Shown one piece after another: positions 27,001-34,270 of a DNA stretch of 34,270 bases (position 1 is its first letter; each line of letters begins with the position of its first letter). A model generated the notes under the pieces. The model had not been told where the DNA came from, made no database searches, and worked only from the letters and a program-made list of their open reading frames with translations. This DNA comes from a virus (taxonomy: Duplodnaviria; Caudoviricetes), in IMG/VR virus record IMGVR_UViG_3300037461_000334, positions 1-34,270 of that record. One strand, 5' to 3'. The position numbers were made by a program, and so were the translations under genes.

Positions 27001-28323
27001 CTAAAATGGTTTTATTTCTTCTTGTGAAATCTGTGTTAATGATTTGTTATGATAAAGTGCAATGTCATTAAGTGCACCGTTGCGGTTCTTTGCTATCTCA
27101 ATCATCATAACATCCTGCGAGCTTATCTCATTGCCCTCTGCCATTACTGTCCTGATGCCATAATAAGCCGGTCGGTGAATAAAGCAAACTATATCCGCAT
27201 CTTGTTCAATAGCCCCCGACTCACGCAAATCTGATAACCTGGGTTTCTTATCGCTTCTGTCCTCTACTGACCTGTTAAGCTGTGATAAAGCAATAATCGG
27301 GATGTTCATTTCCTTTGCAATAGCCTTTAATCCCCGGCTTATCTTACTTACCTCCTGCTCCCGGTTTGATCCCTCCGAAGTCATCAACTGTAAATAATCT
27401 ACAATGGCAAGTTTAATACCGTTACGAATTATTAACTTTTTGATTTTGCTTTTTAATTCAAAAATCGAAAGTGCAGGTGTGTCATCTATGTAGATTGGCT
27501 TAACCGCAATGGCATTACTGTCATCAACCAGCTTGTCGTAATTTATCTGTGCATTACGGATCTCGTGGTTCGTATACCCGGAGACACCAGATAGCAGTCT
27601 GCCCGTTAATTCACTTTCGCTCATTTCAAGTGAAAACATACAGGCCGGAAATCCGTAATTTGCCGAATTAGTTAAAAGCGACAAAGCAAGCGCAGTCTTA
27701 CCCATTGATGGCCTCCCTGCAATAATGATTAAATTGCCCGGCTGCCAACCTCCTGTTATCCTGTCTATCTTCGTAAACCCGGAAGCAACACCAACAAGGC
27801 TTTTCTCTTTGTTGTATATTTTGCCAATTTCAATAAGCAATTCATCAACACATCTATCTATCCCTTTCGGCTCTTTGTTTTGTGTCAGATTAGAAATACT
27901 GAATAATTCACTTTCCGCATATTCAATTACCTCCTTTAAGTCAGACTCAAAAGCCATTGATGAAATCTTATACCCGGCATTTATCAGTTGCCTTAGTGTA
28001 TGTTTCTCCCGAATGATATAAGCATACTTAACCAGGTATAAGTCGGTAACTATCTCATGGGTGAATTTAACCAGTGCCGGAATCCCGAAGTTATCTAACT
28101 GCCCCTTTGCCCTTAATGTGTTGGTAACGGAAATTATATCTGTTGAGCCTGTTTCCCTTGCTGTTTCAATAATAGCCGTGTATAGTTGTCTGTGCGATTC
28201 CTGGTAAAACATATCAGGAGTTACTATGCTGGATATTTCAAAGACTGCATTTGGATATGACAGGCAAGTTCCTATAACAGCCCTCTCAGCGTCTATTGCT
28301 TGCGGAAGTATTTTATCTGTCAT
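27001..28323 (-). CDS. dnaB: replicative DNA helicase
   Basis: PQAIDAE.AVIG, AGRPSMGKT, FSLEM, VDYLQL, LSQLNR, SDLRESGAIEQDAD, IAKNRNG. Confidence 0.97.
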   Translation of the reverse strand: MTDKILPQAIDAERAVIGTCLSYPNAVFEISSIVTPDMFYQESHRQLYTAIIETARETGSTDIISVTNTLRAKGQLDNFGIPALVKFTHEIVTDLYLVKYAYIIREKHTLRQLINAGYKISSMAFESDLKEVIEYAESELFSISNLTQNKEPKGIDRCVDELLIEIGKIYNKEKSLVGVASGFTKIDRITGGWQPGNLIIIAGRPSMGKTALALSLLTNSANYGFPACMFSLEMSESELTGRLLSGVSGYTNHEIRNAQINYDKLVDDSNAIAVKPIYIDDTPALSIFELKSKIKKLIIRNGIKLAIVDYLQLMTSEGSNREQEVSKISRGLKAIAKEMNIPIIALSQLNRSVEDRSDKKPRLSDLRESGAIEQDADIVCFIHRPAYYGIRTVMAEGNEISSQDVMMIEIAKNRNGALNDIALYHNKSLTQISQEEIKPF

Positions 28324-28985
28324 CTTATCTGGTCTAATGGTTTGCAGTTAAATACCGGAATATCTGGTTTTTTGTTTTCAGGTTTAAACCAAACGCTAAT
28401 CATTTTCTGTTTCCAATTTTTTACGGGCTTATTTTTACTGTCATGCCAATCACCTACATCGTAATAGTTAAAAGCCTTTATAGCCGCATCTTCTGTATAA
28501 CCTTTTTCATTAAAGTATTTTTTTACCTCTTCAAGCGTGGGAATTATTCTCTCTTCTTTCTTCTTCTTTATTTCTTTTCTTTCTTTATATTCTTTCTCTG
28601 TTGTTGTTTGTTTGTTGTTTGTTTGTTGTTCGTATGTTGTTTGTGTGTTGTTGGTTTGTTGCTGATCTTGGTATTTATCATAATTACAGATAGTTATCCT
28701 TGTTAGTTTGTTTGTTGATTTTCGTACTATCATTTTATCATCTTCTAACCGTTCTAAAAACGTTCTTACTGACTGCATACTCATACCGGTTTGCTTACTT
28801 ATGTTCTGAATTGAGGTAATAAATTCACCCCTCTGTACTACCTCTAAGGCACTACCAACAAGCACCTTTTTTTCCTCATAATTAGCCCTGAATAAAAACC
28901 AAATCCATGCTTTGAAATACCGGTTATTTTTAAATATCCAATGATCCATAATAGACCTATGAATCTTAATCCATCCCTCTGTCAT
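28320..28985 (-). CDS. replication initiator / replisome organiser
   Basis: GWIKIHRS N-terminal winged-helix region, RGEFITS, ITICNYDKYQ, Q/T/N low-complexity linker, PTLEEV..YF...W....KNWK C-terminal domain; adjacent to dnaB. Confidence 0.8.
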   Translation of the reverse strand: MTEGWIKIHRSIMDHWIFKNNRYFKAWIWFLFRANYEEKKVLVGSALEVVQRGEFITSIQNISKQTGMSMQSVRTFLERLEDDKMIVRKSTNKLTRITICNYDKYQDQQQTNNTQTTYEQQTNNKQTTTEKEYKERKEIKKKKEERIIPTLEEVKKYFNEKGYTEDAAIKAFNYYDVGDWHDSKNKPVKNWKQKMISVWFKPENKKPDIPVFNCKPLDQIR

Positions 28986-29392
28986 AGACTATTCAAGCTC
29001 TCCTTTAAGCTGGATAATTGACTGTCCTTAAAATCATATCCGATAACAAACTCTTTCCGGCTGTTAAATATGGCCATCCTGAATAAGTTATCTGCTGTAA
29101 GCAGAAGAGTTCTAGTTCCATTAGACCAGTCGCTTATTTCTGTAATAGAAGCGTTATCATAGTTTAAGCCTTTAAGGTCTTGTACTATTGAATGACAGTC
29201 CTCACATAGGGTTATAAGGTCTTTGTCGGGATTTTCCCAGGGTAATAATCCCCGGTGATAAACCTTATGATGTACGTTTAAGGTTTTCTTTTTACTCTTG
29301 CAAAGCTGACAGGTAAAGTTATCACGGTTCATTATATCTAACCTCTTGCGCTGCCAGCGTGGATCTTTTAATAATTCATCGTATTTGCTCAT
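28982..29392 (-). CDS. HNH endonuclease
   Basis: DPRWQRKR..I..RD.FTCQLC...LNVHH..Y...LITLCEDCH. Confidence 0.85.
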   Translation of the reverse strand: MSKYDELLKDPRWQRKRLDIMNRDNFTCQLCKSKKKTLNVHHKVYHRGLLPWENPDKDLITLCEDCHSIVQDLKGLNYDNASITEISDWSNGTRTLLLTADNLFRMAIFNSRKEFVIGYDFKDSQLSSLKESLNSL

Positions 29393-29558
29393 GCTTTTTT
29401 ACTACAAAATTATTGACTAACATATAGTTGTCTGCGGTTTTTAACGACTTTTATTACTCACAACATCTGTTAAAAATCCGTTAAAAACTCTGTCGCATTG
29501 ATTGTGTTAAAGAATAAGTCTAATTGGCTCATAGTTGGTTCATAGTTGGTTCATTCAT

Positions 29559-30131
29559 TTATCCCCATTGTTCTGCCATAGCTTTAGCAATACAGGGGAA
29601 GGTTTTACTTCTTAATTTTGCTCTGTCTTTTGATGGTGGCATTTTCCAGCAAGTTTGTTTTTCCGGCTTGACTATATTAGTTGGTATTAGCTCTGGAAGT
29701 CCAAAAAGCCATAAACAAGTTGCCTTACTTTCATTATGTCCAAATTGCCAGGGTTGAATAATCTGAGAATATTTAACCCAAAATTTATTAGCGTGTTTGT
29801 GTTGGATGGGATTCTCAATGCAAATTGACTTGCCTGAAAAACCATAATGAATAAATTTCTGAAAAAACGCTACCGCATCAATCATTTCATTCCATAAATT
29901 TCTTTCACTTAACCAGCGAACGCCGGAATTAGCAAGCCTTGTGCATGGCGGGTGTGCAATAACCAAATCCCATTTTTGGGCGTATAGCGTTTTTATCGCA
30001 TCATCTTGGATATGCCATTCAGGATGTCCGCCCGAACATGGTAGTATATCACAACTGTATGCCTCATGTCCCCTTTCCCTAAAGGCAATACATACCGCCT
30101 GGCTTTCCTCGCAAGCAACTAATACTCTCAT
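29559..30131 (-). CDS. putative divergent DNA cytosine methyltransferase
   Basis: VLVACEES, SCDI, D.VIAHPPCT (PC), IENP, QPWQFG, K.TCLW, RSKTF..IA.AMA.QWG; common phage family. Confidence 0.65.
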   Translation of the reverse strand: MRVLVACEESQAVCIAFRERGHEAYSCDILPCSGGHPEWHIQDDAIKTLYAQKWDLVIAHPPCTRLANSGVRWLSERNLWNEMIDAVAFFQKFIHYGFSGKSICIENPIQHKHANKFWVKYSQIIQPWQFGHNESKATCLWLFGLPELIPTNIVKPEKQTCWKMPPSKDRAKLRSKTFPCIAKAMAEQWG

Positions 30132-30319
30132 TTATAAAGCAGTTTAGTCAACAGGTTAATGTCTTCCCGCAGCCGGTTCTCCCGGATAATAAGTTTAACC
30201 AGCTCGGTTGAATGCATCTGCCGGGTGCTGTTCTTTTTCAGGACAATATCACACCGCTCGCTTATCAGTTCTGCGAGCTTCTTTTTGATGCGGTAACGCA
30301 ATGGGAATAGGTGTATCAT
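30128..30319 (-). CDS. hypothetical protein
   Basis: ORF track; ATGA overlap. Confidence 0.5.
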   Translation of the reverse strand: MIHLFPLRYRIKKKLAELISERCDIVLKKNSTRQMHSTELVKLIIRENRLREDINLLTKLLYK

Positions 30320-30335
30320 TTTGTGAACTTTAGAA

Positions 30336-30506
30336 TTATAAAATGCAGATAAAAATTAAGGCGAGGGCATAAATAAAAAAACTAATAAACTTGCCTATAA
30401 ATTCAGCAACTTCATGTAATTCATCTGCTGATAACATTACTAAAAGGCTGTCTATTAGTTTTCCCAAAGTGGCTGTTGACAAAACAATAATTATATAAGT
30501 TTTCAT
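30336..30506 (-). CDS. small membrane protein (56 aa)
   Basis: Manually translated MKTYIIIVLS...FFIYALALIFICIL; ATGA overlap with upstream ORF. Confidence 0.45.
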   Translation of the reverse strand: MKTYIIIVLSTATLGKLIDSLLVMLSADELHEVAEFIGKFISFFIYALALIFICIL

Positions 30507-30718
30507 TTTGTGCTAACTATTTTAAGTAATACAAATTCATCATTGTTGCAGAAGCGACCGTCTTCCGGTGCTATAATTATTGTTTTACCGCCGTCAAGCA
30601 ACTGATCCTCACCCCTGGGTAATCCCATAAGGAACGCCCCGGTTTCAGTAAGCACGGCGATCTTGCAAAGCATCTGATCTTTGATGTGATAAGCCCTGTA
30701 TTTCGATAGGTTTTTCAT
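30503..30718 (-). CDS. hypothetical protein
   Basis: ORF track. Confidence 0.55.
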   Translation of the reverse strand: MKNLSKYRAYHIKDQMLCKIAVLTETGAFLMGLPRGEDQLLDGGKTIIIAPEDGRFCNNDEFVLLKIVSTK

Positions 30719-30832
30719 TTTTTACGGTTATTTAATTGTTGATATATCTCATCACTAATAGCTGTATTTTGACTTAATGTTGTAATAAGTCATCATTTTG
30801 TGAACTTCTTACGGCTATTCATTAGTACGTTG

Positions 30833-31558
30833 TTATGAACAAATTGCAATTCGCTTTTTGTTAAATAAGCTGTGAAGATTACGCTCATTAACTATAACAT
30901 CTCTTAAGGATTTGTTTTTGTGTAATAAATTGTGGCAATTAATACACACTATCAATATATTTTTTTTATTATGCAGGTTGATATGACGGGGTCTTTCACT
31001 TCTAAAAATGATGTGATGTGCCTCGTATTTTATTGAATTTGATACACCGCAATATTCACAATATATATAACCAACATCATCAATCATTCCCTGCTTTATC
31101 TCCTTGCTATTCTTTATGAATACTCTTTCACCGGGCGTACTTTTCCTTGCCGTTCTTGTATAATAACCATTTCTATATGCCGGGTTCCCGGTTCCAAGTA
31201 TTTTATTAGCCTTTTCTTCCGACCAATTATAAGATCTTAATTGCTTCTTATTTTGTATTCTACAATTTGCGGAGCAAAATTTATCAAGACTCGTATATGG
31301 TGTGAATGTTTTGCCACAGTAAAGACAGTCTTTGATCTTTGGCCTTTTACTTATTCTTTGAATATCGGCAATGCGTTTGCACTTTAAAGAACAATATTTA
31401 TTTGTAGTTGCCTTTGGCATAAACATTTTTCCGCAAATAACGCAAGGCTTTTCTTTGAAGAATCTTTTATTTATCCTTTTCCAGTATTCCCTATGGCATT
31501 TTTTAGAACAATAAATATTCCTGCCATTTGTATCCTTTCCGCAAAATTTACAATTCAT
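30833..31558 (-). CDS. HNH (homing-type) endonuclease with three N-terminal zinc-ribbon repeats
   Basis: Three C..CGK...(Y/F)CS..C repeats, GNP.YR.G, C-terminal CEYCG...EAHHI...N...VC..CH...H. Confidence 0.85.
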   Translation of the reverse strand: MNCKFCGKDTNGRNIYCSKKCHREYWKRINKRFFKEKPCVICGKMFMPKATTNKYCSLKCKRIADIQRISKRPKIKDCLYCGKTFTPYTSLDKFCSANCRIQNKKQLRSYNWSEEKANKILGTGNPAYRNGYYTRTARKSTPGERVFIKNSKEIKQGMIDDVGYIYCEYCGVSNSIKYEAHHIIFRSERPRHINLHNKKNILIVCINCHNLLHKNKSLRDVIVNERNLHSLFNKKRIAICS

Positions 31559-31630
31559 ATTTTTAGCTTAACAAACAAACCATTAAGAACAACAGCAAGC
31601 CGATTAACTCAAGAATGTAATAGATCTTTT

Positions 31631-32098
31631 TCATTTGTTGCTTTTTAACCATTCATGTATCTTGCCGGAGCAGTAGTCTTTAATACCTTCAACAGCCCCA
31701 TCCTTTCTTATTATCCATCCTTTCCCGTATTTCATATTTGCCCACTTCTCAATTTCTTCATCTGTCAAATCAGGCTTGATTTTGTTTTTGCTGTCAGCTT
31801 TCCTATGGTTAGATAGTATTTCAGAGTTTTTAAACCACTCCTTAATATAAGTTGTGTTGTCTGTCAAATCAGGCTTCTCTTGCCCCTGAGTGAGTTCATC
31901 GGCAATAGGCTGAAGATACCAATCAATATTATTAAGCCAGTTATCTTTTTGATGCTGATTTAAATGATTGAAATAACATAACACTGTACCAGCCGGAGAA
32001 TTATTGTCATATTTTTTATAATGAGCAATATACTGACCATCTTTCGGCAAATCCGCTTCTGATAGGATGTAAACCTTTTTAAATAGTTCTGTTTTCAT
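31631..32098 (-). CDS. hypothetical protein
   Basis: ORF track; internal KPDLTD duplication. Confidence 0.6.
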   Translation of the reverse strand: MKTELFKKVYILSEADLPKDGQYIAHYKKYDNNSPAGTVLCYFNHLNQHQKDNWLNNIDWYLQPIADELTQGQEKPDLTDNTTYIKEWFKNSEILSNHRKADSKNKIKPDLTDEEIEKWANMKYGKGWIIRKDGAVEGIKDYCSGKIHEWLKSNK

Positions 32099-32454
32099 GC
32101 CAGCTTGTCTTTAAAATGATTAATAAGTATTTCCATTTTCGCATTATAGAAGTCATTAGAAGTCTTGTAGCCCTCCGGTGTCTGCTCCCATAGCCTGTAA
32201 AGCACAGCCCGCAGCCTCTGTGATGGCGGCTTGCCCGTGTCAGTAAACTCAACCCGTATCTTATCCATCTCATCCAGCTCCTGCGTTGCAAATGGATCCG
32301 GAGAGAAAGCCAGGTATCCGACCTTTTGGAATGAATACCTGACGTTTGCTGACTGTTCAGGGCTTAACTCGTTGGTTTCAAAAGTCAGCCTTTCGCCCCG
32401 GTCATTCATGGATGTGTACCGGGTAAGTATTGCCGGGAGTTGAAATGTTCTCAT
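32095..32454 (-). CDS. hypothetical phage protein
   Basis: ORF track; K.PSQRLRAVLY..WEQ motif; ATGA-coupled. Confidence 0.65.
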   Translation of the reverse strand: MRTFQLPAILTRYTSMNDRGERLTFETNELSPEQSANVRYSFQKVGYLAFSPDPFATQELDEMDKIRVEFTDTGKPPSQRLRAVLYRLWEQTPEGYKTSNDFYNAKMEILINHFKDKLA

Positions 32455-32924
32455 AACTGAACCTTAACCTTCGTTTTACTTGTCTTACTTGGCCTGTTTA
32501 TGAAAACACCGCTATCCGCATCTACAATACCGGGTGTGTTTACGGGAATAGATTGCAGAAACTTCTCCCGTTCTTTCATCTTTTCCTTTATGTCATTTTG
32601 TGCTTTATTAAGGTCATTCCAGACCGGATCGCCACACCCCTCATAGTCATACCGCACCCCGGTTTCCGACATAGATAATTTTGCCCCGCTAACCGTGATT
32701 GTTTTCTCCTTGTCATAAAGGAAAAACTCCTTTTGAAAGCAGTATTCTACATCATCATCCTTAAGAATGTCTGATATGGTTTTCTCTATTACTTTTAGTG
32801 CCACAAGTAATTTAAGGGGATCCTTTGTGCCCGATAGTATTTCGCCCTTCAGAGACTTATAAAATGCCATTCCCTGCTCTCTATTGGAGGGAAGATTGCT
32901 GATTGTTGAAATTGTTGTTTCCAT
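32451..32924 (-). CDS. hypothetical phage protein
   Basis: ORF track; coupled to neighbours. Confidence 0.65.
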   Translation of the reverse strand: METTISTISNLPSNREQGMAFYKSLKGEILSGTKDPLKLLVALKVIEKTISDILKDDDVEYCFQKEFFLYDKEKTITVSGAKLSMSETGVRYDYEGCGDPVWNDLNKAQNDIKEKMKEREKFLQSIPVNTPGIVDADSGVFINRPSKTSKTKVKVQL

Positions 32925-32926
32925 AA

Positions 32927-33559
32927 TTAAAAAGGTAAATCATCATCGTCTTTTGTCTGTGACTGTGCTTCTGTATGTATGGCCTGTGGCTCAACCATTT
33001 TCTTATATTGCTCGGATGACTTTATTTTTTCCTTCATCCAATCTGATAGCGTTTCAAATACATCCCAGTTAAACTCCTCAAAGCATAACACCCTGGTTAA
33101 ATTGATCTGGTCTGGACACGACTGACCCTTCATTAATGGTGTTATAGATGCCACCCTTACATAGGTTTTGCCCGGTTCCTTCCCCGCTTCGTGGATTATA
33201 TTTAAATTACAGGGCTGTCCGAGCAGTTTTGTGATGTCAAAACGCTTTGCCTCCTCTTCTGTATATCCTTTACCTCTCCAGCTTTCTAAATCTCTTCTTA
33301 AAGTGCTTTTTTCGTGCATGGAAAGTGTATAGGTCTTACTTACTACATAAGGCATAGGTCTTTCACCATCCTTAAACACCGCAAGCTCAGTAGGTAATTC
33401 CCATGTTATATTAACCTTATGAGCCTTCTTCTTTTCGCCATTAAACTCAGTTTCAATAGTGCCTATCTCAATCATTGAGTAGCACCTTGCCGGATACATC
33501 CCAGGATCAACCTGTGAGAAGTTTCCGCCTTCTTTTTTTTCTGCATAAATTCCTGCCAT
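32927..33559 (-). CDS. putative single-stranded DNA-binding / replication protein
   Basis: Likely start MAGIYAEKK at 33559; OB-fold-like beta pattern; acidic DDDDLPF C-terminal tip typical of SSBs. Confidence 0.65.
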   Translation of the reverse strand: MAGIYAEKKEGGNFSQVDPGMYPARCYSMIEIGTIETEFNGEKKKAHKVNITWELPTELAVFKDGERPMPYVVSKTYTLSMHEKSTLRRDLESWRGKGYTEEEAKRFDITKLLGQPCNLNIIHEAGKEPGKTYVRVASITPLMKGQSCPDQINLTRVLCFEEFNWDVFETLSDWMKEKIKSSEQYKKMVEPQAIHTEAQSQTKDDDDLPF

Positions 33560-33563
33560 AGTT

Positions 33564-33698
33564 TTAATTATTATTTCTGTTATATTCAAATTGTTCATCT
33601 GCTGCCTGTTCTTTCAGTCGCTCATCTTCCTCCTCGCTGAACTCCGGCTCATTCCAGGGCGACCGGGGATCAATAGCCAAATAGTCCTCCATGCTCAT
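33564..33698 (-). CDS. small acidic protein (44 aa)
   Basis: Manually translated MSMEDYLAIDPRSPWNEPEFSEEEDERLKEQAADEQFEYNRNNN; fills the gap exactly. Confidence 0.5.
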   Translation of the reverse strand: MSMEDYLAIDPRSPWNEPEFSEEEDERLKEQAADEQFEYNRNNN

Positions 33699-33701
33699 AA
33701 C

Positions 33702-34270
33702 TTAATAATTTAATGCTTCATCTTTGGTTATAAACCCGTGAATACCATGAGAGCATTCAATTAATGGAGACGGATCGAATGAATCAGGTCGGGTTATTTT
33801 GCCCACCTTATATAAGGTTTTATTATTGTGCATTCCCATCCCCTCCTTAAGTCTTTCTTTACCATCCCATATAGCAATGGTTTTTACATAAGAAAATCGG
33901 CATTTTCTCGATCCAATAGCATTAACTCTTTTTGCTTCTGCCGGGACTAATAGTTGTGCAATTAAACCGTCTTTTAATTTCTTCCATACAATTAAATCTC
34001 CTTCTGGTAAAATTGTATTTTGAGAATATATTTTATCAAGGTTTGCCCCGTCAAGGTTTGCCCCGTCAAGGTCTGCCCTGATAAGGTTTGCCCCGTCAAG
34101 GTTTGCCCCGTAAAGGTTTGCCTTGATAAGGTTTGCCCCGTCAAGGTTTGCCCCGTCAAGGTTTGCCCCGTCAAGGTTTGCCCCGTAAAGGTTTGCCTTG
34201 ATAAGGTTTGCCCCGTCAAGGTTTGCCCCGTCAAGGTTTGCCCCGTCAAGGTTTGCCCCGTAAAGGTTTG
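33702..34270 (-). CDS. pentapeptide-repeat protein with DUF5758-like C-terminal domain (5' truncated)
   Basis: Frame from 34268 reads (A)NLYG-ANLDG-ANLIK... then LPEGDLIVWKK...RKCR...ECSHGIHGFITKDEALNY-stop at 33702; the track shows the wrong (TGQTL) frame. Confidence 0.85.
   Translation of the reverse strand, partial: NLYGANLDGANLDGANLDGANLIKANLYGANLDGANLDGANLDGANLIKANLYGANLDGANLIRADLDGANLDGANLDKIYSQNTILPEGDLIVWKKLKDGLIAQLLVPAEAKRVNAIGSRKCRFSYVKTIAIWDGKERLKEGMGMHNNKTLYKVGKITRPDSFDPSPLIECSHGIHGFITKDEALNY
34036..34270. repeat. 15-bp coding tandem repeat (TCAAGGTTTGCCCCG and variants)
   Basis: About 15 near-identical units running off the window end. Confidence 0.95.

Noticed and set aside
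29529-29554. 11-bp tandem duplication TCATAGTTGGT
   Set aside because: Only two copies; likely a local slippage duplication with no evidence of function
31760-31877. 17-bp direct repeat encoding KPDLTD twice
   Set aside because: Small intragenic duplication in a hypothetical protein; no reverse transcriptase or adenine-specific variation, so not a diversity-generating retroelement
36-33072. All plus-strand ORFs in the track
   Set aside because: Antisense shadows of a tightly packed minus-strand gene array; no recognisable motifs
33992-34249. 85-aa TGQTL-repeat ORF in the track
   Set aside because: Shadow frame of the 15-bp repeat; the ANLDG frame continues into a recognisable C-terminal domain
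34036-34270. Possible CRISPR array
   Set aside because: Contiguous 15-bp units without unique spacers; coding tandem repeat

Overview
A 34-kb segment of a siphovirus-type tailed phage or prophage genome with essentially all genes on the minus strand. The host is probably Bacteroidota, judging from TAnnTTTG -7 promoter motifs. Reading from the right end: (1) early/replication genes (pentapeptide-repeat protein, SSB-like protein, two HNH nucleases, replication initiator, DnaB, RNA-ligase-like protein, lysozyme-like protein); (2) a DNA-modification module (C5 methyltransferase with a nested second-frame subunit, and a Mu Mom homologue whose ATG is out of frame across an A8 run) embedded in attC-like hairpins and nested inverted repeats; (3) an 8-gene sugar-modification/glycosyltransferase operon; (4) terminase and HK97-type head genes; (5) two more glycosyltransferases directly after the major capsid gene; (6) neck and tail genes with a -1 frameshifting tail chaperone, a short tape measure and tail-tip proteins. 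No integrase, repressor, tRNA or CRISPR array is evident. Family assignments come from motif recognition by eye, not database searches.
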